NCBI GenBank assembly: GCA_030141605.1
Contig: JAQGDQ010000003.1
Span: 1,426,001 to 1,490,000, forward strand
DNA from: Tubiluchus corallicola
Taxonomy: Eukaryota > Animalia > Priapulida
DNA: 64,000 nt
Direction: 5' to 3'
Shown here in pieces: positions 1 through 13,000 of this stretch. Both the position numbers and the translations under genes were made by a program. The first letter of the stretch is position 1. Each line of letters opens with the position of its first letter. The notes under the pieces are model-generated. The model made no database searches. It saw only the letters and a program-made list of their open reading frames with translations, and was not told where the DNA came from.

Positions 1-567
1 CATGGTAAATGCTCCAAAGAATTCTTTTAATTCGAATGTTTTTTTCTCGTCAGCTAGTTTACCCATATTTGAGACAGCTTCTTTGGAGCACTCTGTGATT
101 AAACCCATCATTTGTTTAAGTTTACCTGTACTAAATGTAGGAGAAAGGGTACTGCGTATGTCTTTCCATTTCTGCCCTTGAAGATTTGAGAGTCCTTCCG
201 CTATCAACTTTCCGTCATCGCGGAATAAATCTGCAAGTGATCGTCTGTTGGTGAAAATGTCATGACTTTGCTTGATGAACACCTGTTTTAACATCTCAGG
301 ATCTGAAACTACAAGAGTTGGGTGCCGTCCATCTAGCATTCCAAACACTCTTCCATATTTTTTCGTCTGTTCTATGTCTGCTCCATGTATTCCTCCTTTT
401 CTCATATACAAGTGTAAGTTTCCAAATAGTGGAATAGGTTTAGGTCCTGGGATGCCAATCTCCTTCCAGAAGTTGAGGTGCCATGAGGAGTACAGGTATA
501 TTAAGGCCAAGATGCATACTAACCACAGGAACCAGTTTGGAATGCTGAGTAATCCAAAAAACTCCAT
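1..567 (-). CDS. Cytochrome P450, CYP3-clan (CYP3A-like), N-terminal 189 codons; continues beyond window start
   Basis: Minus-strand ORF absent from the ORF track: MEFFGLLSIPNWFLWLVCILALIYLYSSW (membrane anchor), GIPGPKPIPLFGN (Pro hinge), KKYGRVFG, LVVSDPEMLKQV, FTNRR, KWKDIRSTLSPTFSTGKLKQM (C-helix WxxxR and the clan-3 SPTFSxGKLK pattern). ATG at 567; a splice acceptor (ttttcag) lies 15 nt upstream, implying a 5'UTR intron. Confidence 0.93.
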   Translation of the reverse strand, partial: MEFFGLLSIPNWFLWLVCILALIYLYSSWHLNFWKEIGIPGPKPIPLFGNLHLYMRKGGIHGADIEQTKKYGRVFGMLDGRHPTLVVSDPEMLKQVFIKQSHDIFTNRRSLADLFRDDGKLIAEGLSNLQGQKWKDIRSTLSPTFSTGKLKQMMGLITECSKEAVSNMGKLADEKKTFELKEFFGAFTM

Positions 568-2377
568 AAGTTCTGTGGTAATCTGAAAAAAACTGTATTT
601 GTGACATTTCGGCCTGACAGTATCATCGATAATAAATGTAATTTTAATTCTGTGAGCCAAACAATGTAGGTAACCACCATTTAGATAGTGATGTGGTTCA
701 TCTAACTTGAACTCTTTATTCACTTATGCATGTATCCTGTACACACTTTGTACATGCAAGAGGAAAAAGTAACTGATATCTGTACATATCCCACTTTAGT
801 TCTCCTGGACAATGAACAGAAAACTAGTACCTTAGGACTAGACAGTTTTGCAAATCTTTGTTAGCTTATCAGTAGGCCTGCCACTGACCGTGACGATTAT
901 GCTGCGCAATTAAAAGATGTGTATTTTCCTTGCATCATTCTTATGGGGTATTTTAATGTTTGCTAGAAATAGGGTATTTTCTTGTGATAGTTCAAATGCA
1001 TAATTGGTTTTCTTTTCTAGTTACCAACTAAGATGCCCAACTAATATTTCCTCACGTTTCTGTGCGGGCAACTTAATTTAATTTAATTACATAACCACTG
1101 ATTCTTTTTTGTTCTTTTATATGTTAAGGCAGCACTGGTTATTTTCTGCATGTTTGTAATTATAATAAATAATTCGTGTACTAATAAACACTTCATACTA
1201 TGTAATAACCAAAGGCTTAGCTGTTCCTCTATTCTCTGGGCATTTTCATGAGTGACACCCTTTTTTGTAGGAGTCTGTAACATCATAACTGTATATTTTT
1301 AAATGTTACGTTAACATATATTTATTCTTAGAAGCTTTTTAACTTTTTGTTGTTTTATTTCGTATCTGTATAATGTAGCAATGTTAGTTTTGTGAGCACT
1401 TGCATCAAACTGTCTACTTTAAAATTGTGGTAACTGATAACACTTAATATCTTCACTCGAAGTTAATATGTTCTGCCTTAAACTGATGATGTACTGACTA
1501 AAAATCCAATGTGGCATAAGCATAACATTTATGAAGTTGGCTAACTTTTATTCTGTTTCAGATACTATATAAACTAAATCAAACTATGCTTTCCATGTAA
1601 ATTTTTACTCTGAAATAAAAAATATGGAACACGCTGTACAATAAGTGCACATAGTAATTATTTTTTGTGAAATGTAATTTAAAAAGTAATGTTTGAAAAA
1701 GTAAGCACAGTAAATGCTCACATTTAACAGCTGAAGTTTTAAATTAAGGGTAAGAAATTAAAAACTTTTACAAAGTGATGGAATAAAATGGCTACCTACG
1801 TTGACTTACAAAATTATGTATAAAATGCCTACCTTTAGGTTGATATCAGTCTTCTGTGTCTCGTGTAGGAGCTGATAAGTTAAAGGCAGGTAAGAATGTG
1901 CCTGTTCAAGGTCTGTGCTGTGCTGCCAGGTGATACAGAAATTACTGAACTTTGTGCTGCTGCCAGTCTTTAAATGCAGGTCGTTCAGGCATTTCTCAAT
2001 GCTGAATCATTGCACAACCTGTCTGCAACATGTCTTACACGTCAGTTTTTCCAAATATAGTGCTATTGGCTATAGTGCCCATTTCAGTCATGTGCTTTCA
2101 TTATTTGTTTTCCTTAAGCCTGTAATGCTTGTAGTGCCATCTATTTGCCTGTATCCTAAATGGCCTACGCACCTTATATGATTTTGTAGCTTATAAAATT
2201 ATTATTTATTGAGATGTGAACCTGCAATTAGAAGTTACTGAAATATTTTGCTACTGGCTGCCAGTAAAACAATGATTTGGCTTTTGAAATTGTCAGTTAT
2301 TATGTAACTCCGAATAGAGAGTCACCATGTTCATTTCTCTTACATTTTGTATTTCGCTTGTGACTCCAGTTGTACAT

Positions 2378-3270
2378 TTGATTGATGGATTGATTACTAT
2401 TTATTTCAACATGAAAGCCATAAAAACATACAATTAAAATTTACGATGACTAAAACTAGAAATACTAAAAATTACTGAATACAAAATGTGAGTAAAAGTA
2501 TTTAAAATTTATAATGTTATCAAGAAGCTAAGACATTGATGCACAATTTAAAAAATTTAGATTTAAAATACACATTAAAGTTCACAATAGAAAGTAAAAA
2601 ATTATTATTGGAATTAAAAACTTGCTGTCTTATACTATAGTAGCATTTTCTTCTCAAATGCGAAAAGTACGGTAGACCAAGGTTAACACACGTAGCAGAT
2701 GCACAACAATGAAATCTAAACGAAAATAGTTTACAAATTCCATTATTATAAGCAACTCTTTGTCCGTTCAACACATCATTACTGAAGTTGTTGCAAAGTG
2801 ACAAGCTATAATAATTTGTACAATAACTTTTAAGTAAAGTAATTTTCATATTATATGAGCAGCATGAGAATTTTCTAATGAGTGAGTTTACACGAATATA
2901 AAATAATCTTCTCTGGTTTTTAATGTCAGTATTATCATTCATGTTAGTGCGCAAGACATGTCCAAGGTACTTTTCCTGCGTACTCACAGGAACTTCAGCA
3001 CACTTCACCTGGATTATTGTTCTGAAATTGGCGTGGACGAAAAAATATAAACTTTGTTTTCTTAGTATTAAAGGGAATATTGTGAATTTCTGAATATCTT
3101 ACACAACAATCTAAAATTTCCTGTAAAACAGATATTGTAGAGGCAAAAATTATTATGCTATCGGCAAACAAAATATGATTTATAGTTAACTCGCCTGTCC
3201 AACAGCCCTTCCTTTTATCTAACTTTGATGACAAATCATTTACATAGACATTAAAGAGATGAGGTGATGG
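2378..3270 (-). mobile_element. 5'-truncated non-LTR retrotransposon (LINE) RT C-terminal fragment, RTE-X-like
   Basis: Frameshifted ORFs 2995-3234 and 2520-3008 give SPHLFNVYVNDLS, NHILFADSII (YADD-like), EKYLGHVL and RKFSCCS. AATAAA and an (ATCA)n-like tail lie at about 2378-2408. The clade assignment is from motif recall only. Confidence 0.8.
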
Positions 3271-3440
3271 TACCTATGCTTTGTTATATACAAATCTACT
3301 ATTGCCTTGTTATTGTGCTGTATTGTATTGCAGATCTATTGCATTTGCAATTAATCACTAATTAAGCACTGACTGCATGGTATAGACAAACACAATGGAA
3401 AACATAAAAACCATAAAATTGTTAAAATATCACTGATAAC

Positions 3441-3713
3441 TAGGGGTGAGCATTAAATGCTCGAATTCGATTGAAACGAGTTTTTAATTTGAATTCGATT
3501 CGAACCTGAAATTATAGATTCGAATAACTCAGCACAATTTAGCTGCAGTTTTTGTGCAAAATTTTTAACAAACTAATAGTGGTTTTACTGCTAAGACCAC
3601 TTTTACTAGTGGTTTGAAAACTTGCCTGAAAATCTCAAGCTCAATTCGAATTTGATTTGAATTCAAAATACTGAAATTCGAATTCGCTTTCTGTCAGAGA
3701 ATGCTCACGCCTA
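3441..3713. mobile_element. hAT-type non-autonomous element (MITE)
   Basis: Terminal inverted repeats TAGGGGTGAGCATT / AATGCTCACGCCTA, internal repeated TTCGA motifs, and degenerate 8-bp TSD ctgataac / ctgatatg. Confidence 0.75.
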
Positions 3714-4062
3714 CTGATATGATACGTTAATTTAATACTAATACTTGCACTTTTGAAATTGAATAGCATATTTCATTTTTGTTTATTGTGTGTTTTTGCA
3801 TTAGTTATCTCAGTTCTTATCATTAGTAATTATTTCTTTTGCTTTTGCAAATTTGGAGATAAAAAGCTGAAATTTATCACATTGGTTGATAATGTCTAAA
3901 ATTGTCGTGGTAATGGTGATTGCTTGAAATTCAGCTCGAATTTTGCAGACTGTAACAAAGCAAATTATTCAGTTTTGCGTTTCTTAAATAATGCAGTTAG
4001 TTATGTGACAACATCCTTTATTTCATTAATAGTGTATTGCTGATTTACTCTTCTAATTTTAG

Positions 4063-7000
4063 GAACATGGTTGCAAAATTGTGGATGAGATAAATGATGT
4101 CCGCATCATTGGCAGCATAACAGTTGTTCTTTTGCTTTGCATAGCCATAATTGGGATGGAGTGGGAAGCCAGGGTAAGTCACGTCAATAGTTTCACTAAA
4201 CAGCAACTCACTTGATTCAATATTGATACAGTGTCATTATAAATTAGTTATCAATACAATTGGTCCCTGGATATCGATTCACTATTATACAATATGTACC
4301 GTATTATATTGTCAAGCATCTGCACATTTATGAATCATAGCTATTTGACATGTTTATTAGTACCAGGCAAATTATGTTGCTGAGGTGTATGCCTATTTTT
4401 TAATCATTACTATGTACTCTAGAATTCTTTTTGATTTCTTGCTTTTAAGTGAGGTGATATTATTTTGTCGTTAAATTTGTCTCATTCCCTTTCTTAGTTA
4501 GCCGCTTCTGTAACACTTCTTTATGAGCCCAATAAATGCCTATACTTTGTCATTAAAAACTGTTTCCATTTCATGTTTTGTAATCAGTCACCACCCACTT
4601 CCATAGCTCCTCTGTCCATAAAGTTGTGATGGAGTCTGTCCACAACATTGCAAAGTATCTTCTTTCATGGGAACAAAAATTACTGAATAATAAAGCAATT
4701 TTCTCTGCTATTTTCCAGTTTGTGAATATAAAATATTACCAATGTTTAGCAAATTTAATTTGTTAAGTAGATAAACAGTAAACACAATTTGCAGATTTGC
4801 ATTTCAGCTTTACACAGATGTAATAACAAGTCTGATTTGGTAAAATGGCGTGTGGTGTAATAAGGACCACCTGTATTTGTTATTTTTTAGCAATTACATA
4901 TTTGTGTACTGTAAAACTGTAGATGATATGACTGTGTGTCAAAGGATTTTTTAAGTAATTTGGTTTTTCTAAAATCATTCATAGAGCAAAGAATATTTTT
5001 TCCTTAGCATTTCATAAGATAGGAGGTTGTATTTTTATATGCATCTGGCCTATGTTGTATGCAGTAATGAAAACTCCTACATTTTCAGGCTCAAGTTGTA
5101 CTGCTCATCATACTCTTAGTGGCAATGTTAGATTTTGTAGTTGGAACATTTCTCCCCGTCACTGCAAAGAAAGGCGCTCAAGGTTTTACTGGATATAATG
5201 GTATGTAAACTATGTAACTCTACCAAACTGCATTACATAGCACAGGTAATATGTTTCAAACTGCTTAGTTCTTCTGTCTGTACACTGTTAGTTCAAACTA
5301 CAAAAGTTTTTGATAAACACTTGTGGTCAGTACACAAGTGTATATGAAATGAATTGCACAATAAACTAGAAGTAATATACCTGAAAAAGCTTCTGCTTAT
5401 AATTAAGTAAATATTGCACTTAGAATTTATTAACCCTAGTATAGTAATTCTTGTTATGGCTTTGTGGCTGCAGGATCTACATTCGTAGCGAATTTTCCAC
5501 CAGACTTTAGGGGGAGTGAAGACTTTTTCTCTGTCTTTGCCATTTTCTTTCCAGCGGCTACTGGTATTTTGGCAGGTGCTAACATTTCTGGTGATCTTGA
5601 GGTAAGTACTTCATTAGTTGCATCTATCCTAGAATTCATCCTTGTTAGCTAACTTGATTGCATACTGAATTTTGAGTTAAGCTAATTTAAGCTAGCATTG
5701 TATGTGGAGAGGCAGTTCACAAAATTCTACATTGATTAAAGAATACAGTGCACAATTTTAGACAACAACTTAAAATATAAGCTGCATAATATTGAAGGGA
5801 AAATATTGTTTTTTCAAAAGGATGTGCATTAAAGAGTTATTACTACAGAAACCATTTTTTAAAGTTTTCTGCATTGCACACATTCAGCCATGTGTTAGCC
5901 ATACATACTCAGATGGGAAACAACACCTATTTCTCAGAGAAATTTCATGCATAAAATAAGTGCTACACTTGATTAGCCAAACACTTATGGTATTAGCTTC
6001 CCTACATTGCATGCATGCTAAACAGCTGGCATCAGTTGAGTTTCTAAGGTAACGTTTTATTGTCAGAAACATTTTGATAATTCTTAAAGCTGATAATATA
6101 CCATCAGTAAAAAAGTGTCCTATTTTCTATTTAAAGAAGTTTACAAATTCATTCTGCATTTCATAGCAAAATGTTTATTGATTAAAATTAAAAGAAGTAT
6201 TAAACAGGTGAAAAATCCTTTTTGAAACACCTCAACATAACAGGCTTGAGTAACGAGAATAGCATATTACTATTGTGTTCAGTTTGAATAACTCAGAATT
6301 AAGACTAGTAGCCTCAGTTAACCTCCATAGGTTTAACTGAACGTGAAAGTTTTTTCTGTGGTATTCTGTAGTTGTTTACCATAAAAAATTTCACTATGAA
6401 AAGATGAGAGACACATTTCCTTACCTGCAAGACTATATTTCTAAAAAAAATAGTAGTGATTTTTTATGAGTTATTGGCTTGAACATAGACATCGTATTTC
6501 ACTGAAGCAAATGTATTTTTTCGTAGTAAGATTCTTTTATATTTTATTTAATACATTACAATTTTGACTTTGTTAATCTGCAATTGTTTTTTTTTCAAAT
6601 TTTATTGTCTGTTGAGCTTTTTGTGTACAGTTTTATCTTAATTTTGCAGAATGCTCAAACTGCAATCCCAAAGGGAACAACACTTGCTATTTTTATAAGT
6701 ACATTAAGTTATCTTATGATGGCCTGCATGGCTGGCTCTACTGTGATACGGTATGTGTCATTTAAACTTGTTACACATTCATATTATGTTATTAATTAGC
6801 ATGTTACGTTTATTTTGGTGTGAATAACCTGCCTAATCTATTTACACTCTAATGTACTGTTTACGGCTAGGTGATATTACGAAAATAGTTGCTGTTTGTA
6901 TAATATGCAAACTTGCCTAATTGGCATAATTTGCATAACTGCCTTGTAAAAAGCAAGAAATCTTGTTGTTTTTACTAAAAGCATAGTTGACTTGGTATCT

Positions 7001-10000
7001 GTTTGTAATATTACCATTCTTCACTGGTTTTGCTTTATTACAGTGATGCTAGTGGCAATGTAAGAGATTATTTTTTGCAAGCAGCAAATTTCACATGTAC
7101 AAATTCTACTGAACAATGCGACTATGGCTTAATCAACAATGTGCATGTAAGTAAAATAATGTTAGACATTCATATACAGTAGGCGCTGCTTAATAGACTC
7201 ACTTTGGGACCGACGTGTTTTGACCCAATTAACCGACTGAGCCTATTAACCGATGGGTGTAGTATTACAGCTATAGAAGTATGATTCACCAGCTTATTAT
7301 GCGCTGCAAAGGTTTTTAGTGAATTTTAGAAACAGAGTAATGCCTAAAATTCCTTTGTGTAGTTAAAAATTAGGAAACATATTTTAAAATATTAATTTAT
7401 ATAAGTGAATTAGCAATAAATTAAAAAGTATACTCTTCTAGATTACAGGCTTTTCTAAGTCTGTTTATTTGCAAAAATTAAAAATATTCTTTCAAAGTCG
7501 GCTGCTTCATTTTCGCGTGAAGAAGTTGGCCCATAAAGTTCCCGTAATTATAAAAATTTTGAAAATCTGTTGTTGTGTGTGGCTAAAACAGACTGAATCG
7601 TCTGCTCACTTACATTGCCCTTATTTGCTGTACAATGTGTACTCTTGTAAGTCACAAGGAATACCGGCTGATTACTGTACCTGCATCTTTGACTGTTAAC
7701 ACATTAAACCTGAAAGTGTGATTTGCAATGAGAGCATCAAAAGGAAACTGCTAGGCAAGTGATTAAATGTTTAACTTCCAGAATTCTTTGGGTAACAGTG
7801 GGCAAGCGGGTAACATATTCAAAGCAAAACCGCTACTCTAGCATATTAGTGCATGATAAACGTACCTGCTTATAAACCAAATGGTACTTAACATGATTGT
7901 TTCTGTATACATGGTGCACAAAAGGAAAGTAAAGATGACATAACAGTAGGAAAGGCTCTTTTAGCACATACAAATATCTTATTTTAAGCAGGTGAAGGAA
8001 AAATATTGAGTCAATTATGCGGACTTATTTGAGTCAATTACCGATAGTTTGTATGTACATTTGAATAGAAGCGGCCCGTTCCAGTCGTTTTTAGGCAATT
8101 AAGTGATTGAGTCTTAACCGTGAATCTGTTAAGTGGCACCTACTGTATATCAAGTTATCTGTGCAAAAATTGTAGTCTAGCAGGATGCAGAAGCCAAACA
8201 AAAAGCTACGCACATCATGATTGACAAATAGCATATATCAAATATGCTTACTTGCACAATTTGCTCATTCTGCTTGTGTTAGGGTGTGAACTTGTAGCCC
8301 ATAACCCATTTTGTCAACCCGTGACCTGTACTGTCCACCCGCTAGCCGTAATATAGTAATTTATTTTACAAATTCACATTAATGAGAGTTTCTTGCAATG
8401 AACAGTTTTAGGCAGCATACAGACTGCTTAAACTGCAAATACCTGCTCACTCACATGAAACGTGATTCTTCCAGAATCATTTTTAATAGCTGAGCAAAGT
8501 TGATAAAAGATTGAGGTTCTGCTTATGTGTCACCTACACGAATGACATTTTGCTGTGACATTAACTTACACCTAAATAATATTGTTTTTTCAAGTAGTCA
8601 AGATAAGGCGATCTGTAAACTTTGCAACAGCGAACTTTAGCTAGTTTCATTCACAGTGTTCATTTACAGTAGGCAAAATTACAGCTTTAAGACTATAATA
8701 TTCTGCCTTTCAAACACATCAAACTATTTCTTTCTTTTAGCAAGATTTAAGCACATGATGTAAAAATGTTCTTAAGTTTTTGCTTGAGAATATTTTCAAA
8801 TTTTTATTAAAGTTTTTCTGGTTTTTGTACAGTATTTACAGCAGAGGTCTCATGACCAAAGACTGATCGGCATACAGTACAGAACACATGTTCTGCAGTG
8901 TGTGATAACTGCTGATCTATTTTTTTTTAAAATTTGTTTATACAGGGAAATTGATAAATTAAGGTGATAAATGAGAATATTTAAACACCTCAAAAACATG
9001 GTAGACCAAAGCAGTTAACAAAATAAATGAATGTGTGACATTAATTGGGATTATATTATTCAATGTGACACTGGCAACATTAAACAGTGCTTCATTATTC
9101 CTAACCTAAAAGAAGGCACAATCTGCCTAGAATCATCTGTGTGTAATGCAATATAAATTCATTCAACTTTTTCTCGCTGGAAACAATCACGTAACCTATT
9201 TACTAGACATGTCTTCACACTGAACACATTTACGTACAAAGGTATGATATAGCTTAAAATACATTTTATTGACCAATGATTTCTGGGATTATTCAGATCT
9301 CTTCATGAGACATCAGAACCACAAGATAATTAAAATCAAATAATTTATAAAATGATAATTTAAATTAATAGATCAAAAATGTAAAGTTTAAAAAGCACTG
9401 AACTGGACTGATAATGTTCAGTTAAAATGGGTTCATTTAAATTTTAAACTGAGTATTAGAAGTTGTATTATGCAGACTTGGACTTTGACTATAACAGAGT
9501 GCTTTGACAGCTTCATTAATAAGTAACATAACACTGATGAGTAACAACGCACAAATTTGAAACAAATCGACATTATAAAAGTAATCTAAAAGCTAAGACA
9601 GGATAAAATAAAACTGTACATGCTGTGACCCAGAGCAGGAATAAATTTGAAATGTCTTAGTGATCTTGAGTGCAAGAATGAAAGCCAAATTTGACCAATG
9701 AGAGCTTTAAGGTTGACTAACTGGAAAAGCCTATTAGGTGAAAGTTTGTTTATGACACACGTTTAACGAACACGTGTGATGAACGCATTGTAGTAGCTTG
9801 CAGCTAGTTTTGAGTAAATGGCACACACCTTGTCTCTTAAACACTTGTAATTATTAATGGAAAGTTGATACCAAATGTACACACGTACATTAGCACATTG
9901 AGCTACAAACTCTCAAACAGATACACTCAGACAGCGTGTCAATTTTCTATAATATTTCTTATTTTCATTGTACTTCACAGTATTTGGTTATTCAGCAAAT

Positions 10001-13000
10001 TATATTATTAAGTCAACATTGGTGTGATAAAGAGTTTATTCTGTGTTTATACTGCTTCGTATATTTTACTTTCAATTTAAAATTTATTTTTCTCCATCAA
10101 CAACTTTATAAGTGCACAATATAGGATGTTTAAAGAATATGAATCTCTCATTATTTTAAAGTTTGCTAAAATATCGGTGCCACGTGTCAGTTTGGTTGCT
10201 GAGTCTGCAATTTTGGTGGCATCAAAGATGTCACATTCTACTGGAAAGTCATCAGCACACCTAAAGCACTGCCTTTTCATTGACTGTGTTCATGGCGTAT
10301 AATTTGTCAAGCGAGTAATATATATATATATATATGTATGCATATGAAACATTCTATGTAAAAAGCTTAAAAGGAAAACCATGAAGCTTACCTAACCAAT
10401 AAGAAAACAAAATAGATAGACTAATGCACTATGCTCTAATTTTTTGTGTTTACGAACAACTGCATTCAGTCTTGCAAATCTTCAACCGATTGCAAACTGT
10501 ACTGTCAAAGTGAAAACTAGTTCAAAACTTGGTATGATAAACACTTGCTCTACTAGTAGCATTTTCCAAACCTTGAACAAAAATGTGCACATAATATTAT
10601 ATTAATACCAAAATCTGAAAGATGTTTGTGGATGCAAAATTATCTACAAACTGAATTATGTAATAACGAAAGAACTAGTGGCTTCTTGATGTGCCTTTTT
10701 TCGAAAGAGCAGAATTTGTATGAAAATTTGTCTAAATTGGGTACTAAATGTTGCATAGACAAGTGGGTTAACCGAGCTGTTTAATATAAATAGCCAATCT
10801 GTTATCACTAGAGTTAAATCAGAAATACAAAAACAAAATGCGTTTATATTGTATGACAAAAATGTAGGCATTAAAAAAACTACGTACGATATCACCACTA
10901 CACTAAGCATTTTTGTGGCTTTCATTTCTCTTACGAAACACTATCGATGTTGAGAATTGGTTTCTGCATCTATTTGCCGTCTTTGTTTCCATGCTGCTTT
11001 CCAGATTTTTATGTAGAGAATAGTAATGATTAGCAGTAGAAGAAACCCAAATACTGTGTCCACAGTTAAATAAATATGAGCATGCTTTTGATCATGGTCT
11101 TTGTGATCCATGAAATAATCTAAAACAGAGCTGTAGCTACTACCAGTGATCCATATCACTACAATGGCGATTTTGACAGCTTTCTCTGTGACATATACGT
11201 CATACATTATTGCATGTGCAATGGCTATATAACGATCGACAGCTATTGCAACTAATTGCATAATGCTAACAGTGGTCATAGCATCAAGTATGAAACTACA
11301 CGCAGAAAGAATATATGCTGTGCTGAACGTGAGCTCCAGATTGTACCATATAGTCGCTACATTCCCGAAAGCAAAAATTCCAACTAATAAATCAGTACAT
11401 GCAAGTGATCCTACAAAGTAGTTTGCTCGAGTTCTTAATCGGGAACACTTGTACATGGATAATAAGACAAGTGAGTTGCCACTTATAGCTGTTACACAGC
11501 AAAAAACACAAATGATTATATCCAGCCAGAGTGGCAATAAAGTTAACTTGTCCCCCATCACGGTTGATTCGTTGCAGCTAGCATTTTCATACATGCTTAT
11601 CACGGTGTTGTGCATGCTAGATGATGTATTTGCAAGTTCTGAAACTCCTTCACACAGTCTGTGCGCAAAGAACATTACCACGTATTAATAAGCATCCATT
11701 AGTACTCTACTTAATAGCACGGTATTTTATCAATTTTATATCCCTGTCATTTACAGGAGCGACAGAGATTGATCTGTCCAGTTTGCTCAGCTGTAAAACA
11801 TCTTGTTTCACAATGTGTAAATATAGCCGTTAGTCAGTGCGATAATTAATTATTAACCCGAAAGTATGAAACTCGATCTGTTGTTTTTCACTGTAGTTTC
11901 CAAACAAGCTGGATGCAGCACCTGGCAATCGGCCTACTTAAGAGCAAGAGTTAGAATTTATTTTCTAATTGGTCACTTTAAAGACAGTTACATACAACAA
12001 TCATTTTCCGTAAAAGACCAAAATGTTAATTACAGTAAAAATTCAAAAAATTTGACAATAAGTTATATTGCAGTTACAAAATGACAATTACAATGTCAAG
12101 TAAATCATTATCGACGTAACAGTTTTATAATTTCCTTAAAATAAACTAAAAAATTTTCTAACCAATTTAAGAACAATTTAAAGTAGTAAAATGGTTATTT
12201 TTTTAGATTTTATTTAGTAGAACAGCAATAATTAATATCCGGCATTCAAGTAAATCACTATTGGAATAACAGTTTTTACAATTTACAATGATAAAATAGT
12301 TATTCGTTAGATTTCATTCAGTAAAACAATGATAATTACAAACATTCGTTCAAGTAAAGTTAGTAAACCATTTACTGACATAACAGTTTTACAAGACAAA
12401 ACAAAAAAACTTGGTAATCAATTTAAGAACAAATTATGACAATAAAAAGATTTGTCAGGATTCATTTAAATACCATGGTAAGAAACGAAGATAATTATGA
12501 TGATAGGCTATATAAGTACTCAAAATGTAAAAATACTTCTAGTTAAAAATGCCTAAAATACTGATAAAGAACTGATCATTAATTTATGTTTAGTGAAATA
12601 CATTTTCAAGTAATGAAATTTTTGTCTGATTGAGGGTGGCTTTGAATTTTAATGTTTCGTACAATTCATAATGAAGAATGGCTCCAGAGTTTTCAAAGCT
12701 AGCTTTTTTGTAAGTTGTTTTAGGTTTTGCAATTTGTAACTGACCACTGACCACCACTTAATTTAGTGTCTTATCCTGTTTTCTTCTGCTTGAATTTAGC
12801 CTTAGTTTATTAGGAATATCATAGTTTATAACAGATTTATGCACTGAAATGGTTTTTTGAGATGCAATGAGGGTCATTGGTTGGTAAGATTTTTGCTGCT
12901 TTTAGTGGTTCAGGTTGATTTCCCATAATAATGATCTCCGCAAAATATAGTCTAAATCTTTTTTATTTCCCCAAATCGTATTACAATAGTTCATGTGTGG

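Noticed and set aside
272-586. 104-aa + strand ORF
   Set aside because: It is the antisense shadow of the P450 coding sequence.
1083-2181. Short ORFs 1083-1286 (-) and 1915-2181 (+) as extra SLC12 or CYP exons
   Set aside because: No recognisable family motifs. The expected preceding SLC12 exon (YLISRSLG...GFAET) is not present in the window.
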